A DNA stretch of 64,000 bases from Haliotis rufescens (taxonomy: Eukaryota): contig NW_025963864.1 in assembly GCF_023055435.1 (NCBI RefSeq), positions 62,001-126,000 of the forward strand, read 5' to 3'. Position numbers and translations under genes: made by a program. This document shows positions 1 through 12,800 of this stretch, piece by piece. Position 1 is the first letter of the stretch. Each line of letters opens with the position of its first letter. A model generated the notes under the pieces. That model saw only the letters and a list, made by a program, of their open reading frames with translations. It was not told the origin of the DNA and did no database searches.

Positions 1-1
1 T

Positions 2-1192
2 AAAGCAGAAATTAAAGCACAGTATAATTTTAGGTTCCTTATGCAAAAACAAAAGTCACAACTAATTGAAATCACCAGTTCAAAATTACTTGTATATAAC
101 TCTCCATTACTAACACTCACTTGCCCTGATGGACAAAGAATCATCACGGGTTGTTCCTTTTGCATGATAAAACTACCATGCTTGTGTTCCATCTCAACAC
201 AAGACCTCACATTTCCTGCACATCTGGGAACATGTCAAAACCTTACCCACCAGGATATCACCTACCTACATCCTGTAAACTTAGCTTTATTACAGCATTT
301 TTTTGAAGACTCTACTTTAGATACGGTTGCTGGTAATACCCTTTATAATGAACCAGTTAATGTCAAGATTCCGGATTTTCATTTTTATACACACCAGTTT
401 GCTAAAGTTATTGCTAATGACCACAAGGATCACCTTAGTCTTAAACGTATGGCTACAAGTGTTAAAAAGAATGAGGTTATCTTTCAGAGTCTAACAGACT
501 CCCTTTTGGATGGTAAAATTAATGTTCAATCTTCCTGGTTTGATCTTAGCTCCATCATTCCTTTAGGTGCGGCAGTTCTATCAGTCCTAGCCATAGCTGC
601 AATTATTTCGATGTTCTTTAAGATAAGAACTTTAACTGCCACTATCACCATCCTTCAAGCTACTGTTTCAGTAAAATCCACTCCTATCCCATCGTTCGAA
701 TATCATGATCCCACTCCACCCCCACCCAGTAATGTCTATACTATTCTTAATACAATGTATGACCACATTCCTATGATAGTTATTTCCATATCATTCGTAC
801 TGCTTTTGGTTATCCTATATAAAGTATTCACTAAGACATCAAACCATACTTTGATCTCGTTAGAACTTACCACTGGTTCTCTATGCGAACTAGTGCCAAT
901 AATGTCTCTATCATTGTGTCCATCATATTGGGATATTCACCCACCTTCCATTGTCAAAAATTTGTACATATCAAGCTACCTTAGACCTACTCTCAACGTT
1001 ACCTGGCCCCAATTCAAAATTTCTAACAAGCTTACCCAGCAATCGTTGAAGATTCCGCTTTCAGTTAGAATCTCACCATTGATGGCAAGACGTATAAACG
1101 ACATACTCTCTCAACCCTTTGCCACAAACATCCTCATCTCTCATCATGGTTTGTATGAAGTCCTTCCTATGGAGGACTACCTTCATCATTAA
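2..1192 (+). CDS. C-terminal part of an env-like membrane glycoprotein ORF of an LTR retrotransposon (5'-truncated by window edge)
   Basis: Frame is open from position 2. Cys-rich segment (CSFCMIKLPCLCSIS), N-glycosylation sequons (NLT, NHT, NVT), two hydrophobic spans (IIPLGAAVLSVLAIAAIISMFF; IPMIVISISFVLLLVILY). Intronless and lies directly upstream of a PPT and LTR. Confidence 0.7.
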   Translation, partial: KAEIKAQYNFRFLMQKQKSQLIEITSSKLLVYNSPLLTLTCPDGQRIITGCSFCMIKLPCLCSISTQDLTFPAHLGTCQNLTHQDITYLHPVNLALLQHFFEDSTLDTVAGNTLYNEPVNVKIPDFHFYTHQFAKVIANDHKDHLSLKRMATSVKKNEVIFQSLTDSLLDGKINVQSSWFDLSSIIPLGAAVLSVLAIAAIISMFFKIRTLTATITILQATVSVKSTPIPSFEYHDPTPPPPSNVYTILNTMYDHIPMIVISISFVLLLVILYKVFTKTSNHTLISLELTTGSLCELVPIMSLSLCPSYWDIHPPSIVKNLYISSYLRPTLNVTWPQFKISNKLTQQSLKIPLSVRISPLMARRINDILSQPFATNILISHHGLYEVLPMEDYLHH

Positions 1193-1318
1193 TATGATTC
1201 AATATGTTCGTTGCATTTGTAATTTTTACATGTTAGAACCTCATCAAGTTGGTTCAAGACAATAATTGTCTCTTTATATCTATTTTTGTGAACAATATTC
1301 TCATAGATCATTATTTTT

Positions 1319-1356
1319 GCTTTTGAGGACAAAAGCTTCTCGAGACAGAGGGGTAT
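1319..1356 (+). promoter_or_regulatory. Pre-PPT hairpin plus polypurine tract of element 1
   Basis: GCTTTTG-AGGA-CAAAAGC stem-loop, then GAGACAGAGGGGTAT abutting TGTTATAGTGC. Same arrangement at 63352-63389. Confidence 0.75.
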
Positions 1357-2940
1357 TGTTATAGTGCGCAAACTTGCTTAATAATTCAAATTAAAATATA
1401 AAAATAATATTCAAAATTTATAAAATTAACTCACGTATCTTTACAGTCAAATCTCGGACATCTCACATATATGGCAGTAACTCACTTAGGTTGTAAAAGC
1501 ACGCCGCGAGACATAATTTAGACAATAGATGTCCGCTCGCATTACAGTCACCGGCTGCGTGTCAATTCCAGATTGACACGCTGACCAATAACAGTAATCC
1601 CCGTGACAAGTCGGCGGTCAGTCTAAAATGCCGACGGCTCAACTAAACGCCATGCTTTGTTTTTTTTATTACCTTATCCACTATAGGTAGACATTAGTTA
1701 GGTAATCTATGAGAATATTGTATCAACCCGGAACAACACATGAAATAACAAAGGAAGTAATTGTGACAATAAAATAAAATAATGTTTTCAAAACTAAACC
1801 AATCAGAGTTTGCTATGCGTCCCTCCACTATATAAGTAGGTGCAGGTTGACTACCAAGTCACACTGCACCTGAATAAATCTTGGAACGCTAGCAGCTCTG
1901 ATGTCATCATTTATTCTCAATTCTTCCATTCTATTTTAAGGTAAGACATTTTCATGCGTTGTTTCAATGGTTGTTTTCATTCATGTTGAATGTGTATTAT
2001 GCTTTTTGTCTCAGATTGTTTTAATTGTTGTTTTCAAATATGTTGAATGTATTTCATGATTATTGTCTTAGATTTCTTGAACATTGTATATTTTCAACCA
2101 CATGCGTTGGTTCATTATTAAGTTATTGTTTAATGTATTTTGAATCTTCAATAACGTTGCGCACTATGCCACTATAGGTGTCACTTATGAAGGTTGTAAT
2201 CAATTATGTAGGTTGTAGTAATTTCGATCAATAAAATATGAAATTAATTATTTCTGATCAACCTCTTGATAACCGTTTGATAAATAAGAAATCTAGTACA
2301 ACTATCAACAACGTCATGTCGTCAATATGTGTAGATTCATTGCTAGCAGTAATGCTGAACTTAGTTAATAGTCAGTCAGCTTTGTTCTTGATAGGAAATG
2401 AAATACCTGTAACTTGATGTTAATAGTTGAATGCACAATGCTCGTATGCGAGCTCTGCATAAAGTAGCTAAATGACACTTGTATTAGAAGAACTACGGTA
2501 ATGCGCGAAACTGCATTACCGTAATATATCTACAAATACGTCTATCATTAATGTTGCATTATTTCAGCTGACATTGGTATTGTGAATCATATGTATTGTC
2601 TTTGTTATTGTGCCGTTATTTAAAGTTCCATCCTGATCTATTTGTGTATAATGTAATGGTGATTATTTGACATGTTATAAGGTTGAAGCGAAATGCTTAT
2701 TGATTTATATTCTGAGTAGTTATGTCATAAGAAACCACGACGTTATGACAATTATTTGTAATGATATAATTTATGATTATTAGATATGATTATGTGATTA
2801 ATTGAATTGAAATGTTTATAACACACTGCACCTGAATAAATCTTGGAACGCTAGCAGCTCTGATGTCATCATTTATTCTCAATTCTTCCATTCTATTTTA
2901 AGGAAAAATTACCGTGAGACAGCACGTTCTCAATACATAC
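1357..2940 (+). mobile_element. 3' LTR of Gypsy-type element 1 (right boundary approximate)
   Basis: Starts TGTTA after the PPT. CCAAT at ~1799, TATATAA at 1829-1835, AATAAA in both internal repeat copies. Architecture matches the LTR at 53919. Confidence 0.75.
1860..2903 (+). repeat. 82-bp exact direct repeat (1860-1941 / 2822-2903) bracketing a predicted 962-nt GT-AG intron (1941-2902)
   Basis: Both copies are identical. Copy 1 is followed by AAG|GTAAGA. Copy 2 ends TTCTTCCATTCTATTTTAAG|G. Confidence 0.85.
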
Positions 2941-3892
2941 AAGTTATAAAGTGTATCTTGATATCCTCCCAAATTGTCAAGTTTGAAAATGCTAGTTCTA
3001 TACCAGTTATGATCTATTTTATCGATACTATTAACAAAATCCTATGTATAGAGTGATCTAATCTTCAAGCAGGGTCTGTTTAATATTTATTTACCGGTAT
3101 TTCAAGGTCTCTTGACAAGAGGAAGTAATCTAGTTGAGCTTGTTTTATGGGTTTGTTTTGTCTCCACGTATATGTTCTCTTGTCTGGGTTCTTGTAAAAT
3201 GTCTGTACAAGGGTAAAAACAGGATTGTTCATCCATGAAATCTAATACTTTGTCTCTGGTATTTGGGGTTGTTTGCGTTTTTTTAGTTATTCATATCAAT
3301 CAATTATTACTGCATAATCTTGTTTATTTCTGCAATGTACATAACAGCTTTTAAAGTTTGGTCATTCTCTTTCCCAGAACTGTTGACTTTTCACAAACAT
3401 CAATCACGCAAACGATCACTTGCCTATAGATGTGTCTGTTCACATCTGAGTCAGAGTCAGAGTGATAATTATAAGATGATGAGCACCGCAGGCTCTCCCT
3501 TATCGTATACCAAGATTTAGTAACTCAGCATGCACTTTTTTTCATAAAAATGTTGAAAGATGTATGTGAAATAGAGAAATGTATCGCAAGGAAAAATAGT
3601 AGTATTAATAGGTTTGACAGAACATGGAAGGAATTATCAGCCTACTTATTATAATTTCTCAGTCAATCAATACCCATATCTGATCATGTTTTAAGACTAT
3701 GAATTGCTACACTTATATACCTCCCTCATGTACCAATGTTATATGTCTATTGGTTAAAAAGGAAAAAATCAAATAAAAAAAATCAGCATGCACCACGTTT
3801 TTCAACTTCAATACTGTGAGGGTTTCGTAGGTTCAATTTCCACAAAACCTAAAATATTTGAAATTATGTCAACGTTATGTCCGTTCCCAGCA

Positions 3893-6800
3893 TTACTCAC
3901 ATGTCTGGTTAGGCCTGCAGGGAGAATGTTGACATTTCATCCTTAAGAACATTAACCCAACTGAAGGTACGCAGGTACACAATATTCCAGTTGTCTTTTT
4001 ACCACGTGCACTGAGCCAGGACTTTATCTTGAACCTTCTTTGGCCTCTTTTGCCTGTCTCCATCTCTTCAGTGTTCACTAGCACCTAAAACACGACAGAA
4101 CCACTGAGATTCCCAGCTAATAGAATGTTCAAATCGCAGAACCATAATATCTTGGTCAGTTCAGGTCTTGGTCATAGGTGGAGGAAGTGGCAGTCAGTCA
4201 TTCGACATAACTCAACTTAACCTCACATTAAAGAAGCAACACTAAATCCTGAAAACGTCTGTTAATACTCTATATTCATAACACTAACGTTATTCATATA
4301 CTATTTGTTTGCTTATAAATAGAAGATTACACCATATACAGCTTTTCCATTGGACGAGATTTCGGTCACATGACACTATTTGAAGTTTATACATTCTTGT
4401 AGACTTGTTCTTGAAATGACATAAACAATGACGGAATACTTCCACATTCCTGGGGGAACCCAGGGGAGTTAATCTTGAACTCAATGCTTTAGTATACATT
4501 GAGAAACATTGAGTTTTACTGCATTGTCGTTACGAATATCATAACTACATCATCCTAAAACTAACACATCCTAAAAGGAAAATAACAAAAGGAAGATATG
4601 CACATCCAAACTATCGTTGTATCGACTCGATCCGTGTCTAGGCTGACAGTGACAGTCTACAGCAATCTATGAATTTATCTCAGTGTCTATTTGACACACT
4701 TAAATCACCGTCCAGTGATCGGCTAATTGATCAATGATGACTAAAACATGTTACCGTCACAGATTCATTAACACCTTCCGAAAACACTCCGGTCACGTTT
4801 ACTGTGTCGGCTATATTGGCGTCTTGTTCTTCATGTAAATGTATTATGACGCGCTGTCATTGTGACTTTACAAATATTTCTCATCTAATGGTGATATTAT
4901 TCGAATATATGTGTTGTGTCGGATGTTGTTTTAAAAGCAAGTTTGAGCATACATATGCTCATGTCTTCTCTCTTTTTGAGGAACTATTTTATTCCGCGAC
5001 ACAGCTGGTTGTCGTATGGCTGTAAACGTGGCGTCAAACGTACGGAACAAAATTTTATATTGATCTAGGCCTACATCCTTTGAGGTAAACAATTGTAACG
5101 AATTGTAAGTAGAGCTTGCGATTCAATACTCCAATGAACTCATACAAAGTAGAAGTAAATTCTGAATTGACTAGTGGCAGAATAAGTCAAATATGCTAGC
5201 ATTTGATTTATTATTCATGACATTGTGAATATAATTCTGAATATAAAGTGGGTGTTTCTTTTCATAAATACATTGTGAATATATGTGTGAACACAATGAA
5301 CCCCATATGGTTTATATAGTATTATTTCGAATCTTTCTGCTTTACAGTTTTCGTTTCTGAATCTGTTTAAATTAATATTTGCTTTCGTCCCTTTATGGCT
5401 TAAATGGTGCTGATGTAAAGTGCAGTCTAAACTCATTCCCTCACACTGAGGCTGTACTAACTCACATAATGACAAGCACGGAAACTCACATATTCAACGA
5501 ACCAATCATCTTTGTGGCAGGGGTCAGAAAAGGCAAGACCAATTGCCCTCACACCGCAGACAGAATCGGATTTGAACTGAAAGGATTTGTTCCACAGATA
5601 AGTACCTGTACATACTTGAATCTGTAGGGATTGCAAATAAAAACATCTACAAACATAATTAAACGTAATCAAAAGAAATGCATTGTACGATCCCTGCTAT
5701 ATCCTACGCATGTGGCTATGAATCATCAACATCCATTTATCTTGGCACTGTCGGAAGAAATAAGATCATCTTTTGCTTTGCAGTTAATTACGTGCAACTT
5801 CAAATTTGCATGCTACATGTAGCTGGAGTAACCCATATTATCGAGTATTTTGCATCGAAACGTTCACCCACATACTCTAGGTAGGTCCTTGAACACTGTG
5901 ACGAGCGTGGATTTTACATTCTCATGGAGAACAGTTACTGTACCTTTCGTAATTTCTTTCGGCGTCCACTCTTAAGCCTGATATCTTTCCCATTTTTCAG
6001 TTCTTTATCAATTTGTCCACACCGCCCTTTGATGATTAGCACCAAGTCAGCTTTGGAACCAGCGCCTCTTTCCTTTCCAGTCTTGATATGTATCCTGTAA
6101 GTTGCTTGTTCTGTGGTTTGAAAACGACATTGAGAACAACCATGAGTTGCCTAAGCACAAAGGCATTTTTCTCACTCACATGTATGCCAATATCTTATTT
6201 CAAAATTACCACGTGAATGAGATAAATGTTTAACAACGGACATTGAATGACAGCAACAACTTCAGGGCGTGCCGGGGGCACGGGTGGCCCAGTCGTCTAA
6301 GACGCCGCGATTCGCTGTGCAGAGTTGCGTCCCTTAGGCACGCCAGAAACCTATGATTGTCGGGTTCTAATCCCGGCTCACCCCGATGTTTATGTTTATG
6401 TTTCTCGGTTTGTCAACACCATACCCATGCTCGTGGGTTTCATCGAAGTGGTTAACGTCTGGAATCTGCATGACTTCGGGCTTTCCTCCAACATCCGGCT
6501 GACACGCCGTGATATAACTGGAATACTGTGAAAAGCGGCGCTAAACACAACTCACTCACTCTAGTGTGTGCCCACTTGTGTTTGTTAGTATGCTTAGCGG
6601 GAAAAGACTAAATATGTGTTCCTTTATCATCACTTATATTTCCCCTCATCACTTGTGCTTGAAATATATACTAGTTCCTGTAGCCTCACTGCCGCGTAGT
6701 GATATGTGAACTGCATGGCGAGGTGATTTCAGAGAATATTGTCAGGTGAAAGCGACATGCAAAACAGCCAAAATGCTAATGTCATATAGACGTTATTTTT

Positions 6801-9800
6801 ATTCCCTGTTCAAACGAACTTTGTCAAGTTCATAATAGTCTGGACTAGTGTTCAATAAAGGTGTTCATGATTAGTGTTCGTACGAGTGTCCGTGACAAGT
6901 GTTCGTGACCAGTGTCTGTGACCAGTGTTCGTGACTAATGTTCGTGACTAGTGTCCGTGACAAGTGTCTGTGACCAGTGTATGTGACCAGTGTTCATGAC
7001 CAGTGTCCGTGACCAGTGTTCGTGACCAGTGTTTGTGACTTGTGTTCATAACAATTGTTCATGACCAGTGTTCGTGACCAGTGTTCATGACCAGTGTTCG
7101 TGTCCAGTGTCCGTGACCAGTGTCCATGACCAGTGTTCGTGACCAGTGTCCGTGACCAGTGTCCGTGACCAGTGTCCGTGACCAGTGTCCGTGACCAGTG
7201 TTCGTTACCAGTGTCAGTGACAAGTGTCCGTGACCAGTGTTCGTTACCAGTGTCAGTGACAAGTGTTTGTGACCAGTGTCTGTGACCAGTGTTTGTGACT
7301 AATGTTCGTGACTAGTGTCCGTGACAAGTGTCTGTGACCAGTGTATGTGACCAGTGTTCATGACCAGTGTCCGTGACCAGTGTTTGTGACCAGTGTTTGT
7401 GACTTGTGTTCATAACAATTGTTCATGACCAGTGTTCGTGACCAGTGTTCATGACCAGTGTTCGTGTCAAGTGTCCGTGACCAGTGTCCGTGACAAGTGT
7501 TCGTGACCAGTGTCCGTGACCAGTGTCTGACCAGTGTCCGTGACCAGTGTTCGTGACCAGTGTTCGTGACCAGTGTCCGTGACCAGTGTCCGTGACCAGT
7601 GTCCGTGACCAGTGTTAGTGACAAGTGTTCGTGACCATAGTTTTTGACCAGTGTTCGTGACTAGTGTTTTTGACCAGTGTTCGTGACCAGTGTTCGTGAC
7701 AAGTGTTTGTGACAAGTGTTCGTGACCAGTGTCCATGACAAGTGTCCGTGACCAGTGTCCGTGACCAGTGTTCGTGACCAGTGTCTGTGACGAATTTCCA
7801 TGATCAGTCTTCGTGATCGTGACCAGCGTTTGTGACCAGAGCATGCCTTATAACTGTTGCAGTATTTATCTGTAAAACCTCCATTATGTCACATGTACTC
7901 ACAAGCTTTCATGACAAATTTGCACATACATCAGTCGTTTGCTGCACGGGGGTGTGCTTTTTACATTGATGATTTCTTAAATTGTATTCTGTTTGCAAGG
8001 TCACACACACAACAAAACAATCTAGAGGGCACGGGATGCTGCTGACGTCGACACAGTTAATGTTAAGAATATTCTCACCTTCACATTTAAAATATGTCGA
8101 CCAATGGTATCAATTGAGCGTAACAAATGTTTTCATCATGTCCCCGCAAATGTGTTATCGGTTGACGGCATGACGTTAAATTTACACCAGAATATATGAA
8201 TAGCTAAAAAGCATAAAAGCGACATCAAACAGTATACTTACTTGCGCATCTTTTCTTGCACGTGTGTTTGTACGTCAAGTCACCGGCACTCCTTCTAGCT
8301 GCTTCTCCGTCCTCCCCACTGTCACAAACTGCAAGAGAATTTAGTGTGAACGGAAAATACATCAGCCATGACAGCTACACACTGACCACAGAATAAGACT
8401 ATGTCACTTGTTTCGCACTTTTGTTGTAAGAGTCGACTAAATAGATCGGGTATTGAAGTTGGGTACCATTGTTAATTGCCGGTAATTGTTCCTTGAACAA
8501 GACATTGCTCATGATATCAACCATTGGTTTATCTGGTCAACACTCGACAGAGCCACGATGTTGTTGACAATGACGTCACCTAACATCCGTTCTGATCAGA
8601 GGAGCAGTTATATCGGGGTCATTATATAATCAACTTTATTCAGTGAATGAGTGAGTTTATTATACGCCGTTTGGAGCACAATTTCCAAGAATGAAAGAGG
8701 CGGACACCATTCATTCAGCATCCTCATTAAACAAATGAATTTATTGGCAACAGTGATGACTACTTTTATCAACTTGAATCAGGTTATATTAAACTTAATT
8801 ATAACAGTTGACTATGTAACTTACAGTGTGAACTGGTGTGATCTGTAGGAGGGCAATTTGGGATTGCTGTGACTTAGGAAGTAAATCTAACGATCAATGT
8901 AGAAGAAGAGCCCCCTGAAGACATAATTGCGAACATGTGGACATTCTCAAGAAGATTCAAGGTCATAGCGACTGGTATCACACTCAACTACATGTATATA
9001 ACAAGGGAAATATCGTTCATTTCCAAAGTTAAAAGAAGACGGTTAAAACTGTGTATAATTGTCCCCAGCTGCACCACCCCTATAAAGTTGATATTGTCAG
9101 CTCGAAGGCGTGACGGCCTGGTAAACCCTCCCCATATCCCCATCTCCCACCCCCGATCTGAAGAAACGTGTGTATTAGCTTCCGATTTACGATGTTACCA
9201 TCGCATCGTTTGTTATATGTGTTGTGCCCAAAAAACAAAAATAGTTAAGCTGTGTCACAGGCCAAAGCAATAACCAGATTATTCTCAAAAATAGAATATG
9301 ATGGTTCTGCTTGATCATCTCTGATTATATCCTGTTTTCTGCATTTATGGGACGTTTGATAAACACTGCTCCGAACGTAAACTGTCGAAATGTTCCCAAC
9401 ATGGAGGAGATTCTTCCGTGCACAGGATAGAACATACACTGTGAAAAAAGCATCATGATTAATAAATAACTTTAATATTTTTCCTCACACAAATGGTTCC
9501 AGAAATATCGCCTGCTAAATTAAATGTCATACATCCAGCTATTTCTGAAAAAATAAGATGATTTGATGAACAAAATGTGTTTCAGGTGAATGGATACAAT
9601 TAACATGATTAAATCAGGCACGAGACCTGATGGCATTTATTGATGTATGAAAGAGTAATCTAAATAAAATGCGTTCCCTCACACAGTTGATATGCCTTGG
9701 TACAATCAGTTTGTCCATCTGCCAGAAACAGCATACGTCTATTAACATTGAGATCATATATGGCAAACAAAATATCCATGGTGCCTTTCACGCCAACGAC

Positions 9801-12800
9801 TGCAAGTATTGCATCAGCATGTATGTCAATAAATGCGACAAAACCCTTCCACAGCCACACGTAATATCTGCTGGTCGATCGTATCAAATTTTGACCCGTT
9901 GACACTTATCGGACTTTCAAAAATAAAATAATGTATATACTATTAACATATTTTCGATTTCACCTCTTCAAGAACAAGATATATTATCAAAATTGTGAGC
10001 ATATTATTAAAACAAAATGAATCTATGAATGGGTCACCGAAATCGAATATATCTTTGTGTATGAGGTTCATTAAAAATAATGGGAGTTGGTGGATGCTGT
10101 GTGGTTTGGTGTTTTTTGTCACATTTTAATATTTTACGCTCTAATGACTTCTTGAATCTACTGATACAGCATACTTCTAATAAGTGAGTAGGGGTGTGTA
10201 AGTTAGTTTTAGCACTGCAGAATACACCAGCATACCCCGACAGCCAGTAATCTAATCAACACAACTAACAAACTAGCATGTGTTACATTCGACCGCGTCT
10301 GAATAGGATGGCCAACATCCCACGAACGTCGCCTAGCCTGACCACAGGTCGTCTCTTTTATGTAGACAAACGTTTACATATGTTACTGTAGGCCAGGTTT
10401 ATTCCAGATTTCCCACACGGGTCCCTTCGCAATACCACACCCTACATGCTGACCACTATCATCTGTTATGTTGGTGATATGTCTTTCTAGTTGATAGCTT
10501 GTTTCCAATTCTAGCTGTACGCTGATTTTTTTTTTTCAACTTAAGGAACTAACCTTTTTGCCACAGCATATACATATTAAATAGCAGACACATTGGTAAA
10601 TGTTTAAACCAAATCGCCCCTGATGAAGTCAATGATGCGACACAAATAGGCATACACATGATACTTTCATCTCTGTCTCCTTCCGGTACATATGTACCAG
10701 GAAAGGCAGGTCGACAGAGCTGCCTGTTTCCGGATTGACTTATGGTTATCACAAATGCATCTTTGTATTATATTTAGAATTTCAATATATGTACTAGACA
10801 AAGCACTATCCATAACCAAAAGAATATTTCAGAGTCAAAAAGAGTCCATTCAACGAGACTGACCACATATGTGTTTGTGAATCATTATACCGAGCTTGTT
10901 TCTTATTTAATTACAAATTGAAGAAAAAGCTGTTGTTAAATTTGGTTGTTAAATGGATGGTTTCCCTGACTGAATTAAGGTTTTGAAAACTGGATTTACA
11001 GACGGACAGACAGACGGACAGTTTATTCAGTAATTTAGGCATCAAGGCCCATAGCACAATGCAGTTTGGATATTAACATTTGTCACGTGATGTACATGAT
11101 TAGATTTTAAATCAAGTTACACATTCCTCATTATAAAGACATGTTTTAAGAAAACAAAAACATCATGGATCAAATCAGGATTTTCAGAGTTTAGAAGATT
11201 TATCATTAACCGACAGTCTTTAAAAATACCTTGCAACATGGGGAGAAATTTGTACCCTTGATGGGAATACGTTTCACATATAAGTAAGACATGGTATTCA
11301 TCCTCTACTTCTCCGGATGAACAGTTTGTTTAAATAAAGATCACAATATCATCGTCTTCGGACCTGCGACATATATTTACATTAAAATTATGCAATGAAA
11401 TTACAAGTTCCAATAAGCTCTGATTAAACTTTTATCATTTAAACAAGTTAAATATCTTTCAGTTTGTAACAATGATTTTACTTTGCTGTAATTGCTAAGA
11501 TAAAGTGATTTAGAAATACTTTGGTGCCACTTAAACCGGCAGCCCAGAGCACTTTGGTCAAACGAACAAGGTACCAATATCCGAACACAGGAACATTTAC
11601 TGTGTAACCCAACATATTCATATATGGATGTCTGCCGGGGAGCCCCTGCTGCGTGTGGCCCCTGGCCCCCCAAAAGAAGGGGCCATTCAAGGGCTGGATC
11701 AAACATTGGAGGTACCACATGAAAGTAAGTGTAAATGAACTGGTTCATCTCACAGAGTACAGAATGGGCCACGCCAGACAAATCTTCCTCTGTTTAAGGC
11801 CTGCCAGACACCCCCAGAGAGGGTCCAAAATTTGGGCTGGGTTAAACAATGGAGGTACCACATGAAATCAACATAAAATGAACTATTACACTCTACTAAG
11901 TATGAAATACCCGTTGCCAGACAAATCGTCTGCTGCATAAGGCACGCCAGACACCCCCAAATGTTGACCCTTAAACGCACTCAGTGGACACTCTGGTAAA
12001 ATTTGACTAGAGTATACATTCAAAGTACCAGATGAAAGTAAGTTTAGATGAACAGGTACATGTTACTGAGTACAACACGGCCCATACCTGACAAATATTC
12101 CTCTGCATAAGGTCCGCCAGACCACCCAGAGAGGGTCCCAAAATTTGGGCTGGGTTAAACATTGGAGGTACCACATGAAACCAACATAAAATGAACAATT
12201 GCACTCTACATATTACAAAATACCCATTTCCAGACAAATCTCACCCTCACCTCTCCCCACACAGTTGACCTTCTGTAATCCCAGTGTGCATAATGAAACA
12301 TAGGAGGCAGAAGAGCATTGGACATCAGCTCTGAGAGTCAACAGATGGTCAAATTTATGTTTTGTTCTTAGGCTTATCAACGATATGCCTAATCTATGAT
12401 ATCAATACTAGTATTCAGAGACCTGATTTTATAAATACGTGATTTTAATCTCAATAAAATCCTTCCATCTTTAAGAACAAAACATAAATTTGACCATCTG
12501 TTGACTCTCAGAGCTGATGTCCAATGCTCTTTTGCCTCCTATGTTTCATTATGCACACTGGGATTACAGAAGGTCAACTGTGTGGGTTGGGGTGAGGGTG
12601 TGTCTAGCGGGCCTTATGCAGAAGAGGATTTGTCTGGAAATGGGTATTTTGTAATATGTAGAGTGTAATAGTTCATTTTATGTTGGTTCCATGTGATACC
12701 TCCAATGTTTAAGCCTTATGCAGAGGAAGATTTGTCTGGTGTGGCCCATTCTGTACTCTGTGATATGAACCTGCTCATTCAAACGTACCTTAATGTGGTA

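Noticed and set aside
7059-7844. His/Thr-rich ORFs in the 13-bp array (also 37037-37630 in the 16-bp array)
   Set aside because: Translations of minisatellites.
10618-10652. Hammerhead-like CTGATGAAGTC...GAC
   Set aside because: Lacks the GAAA core and convincing stems.
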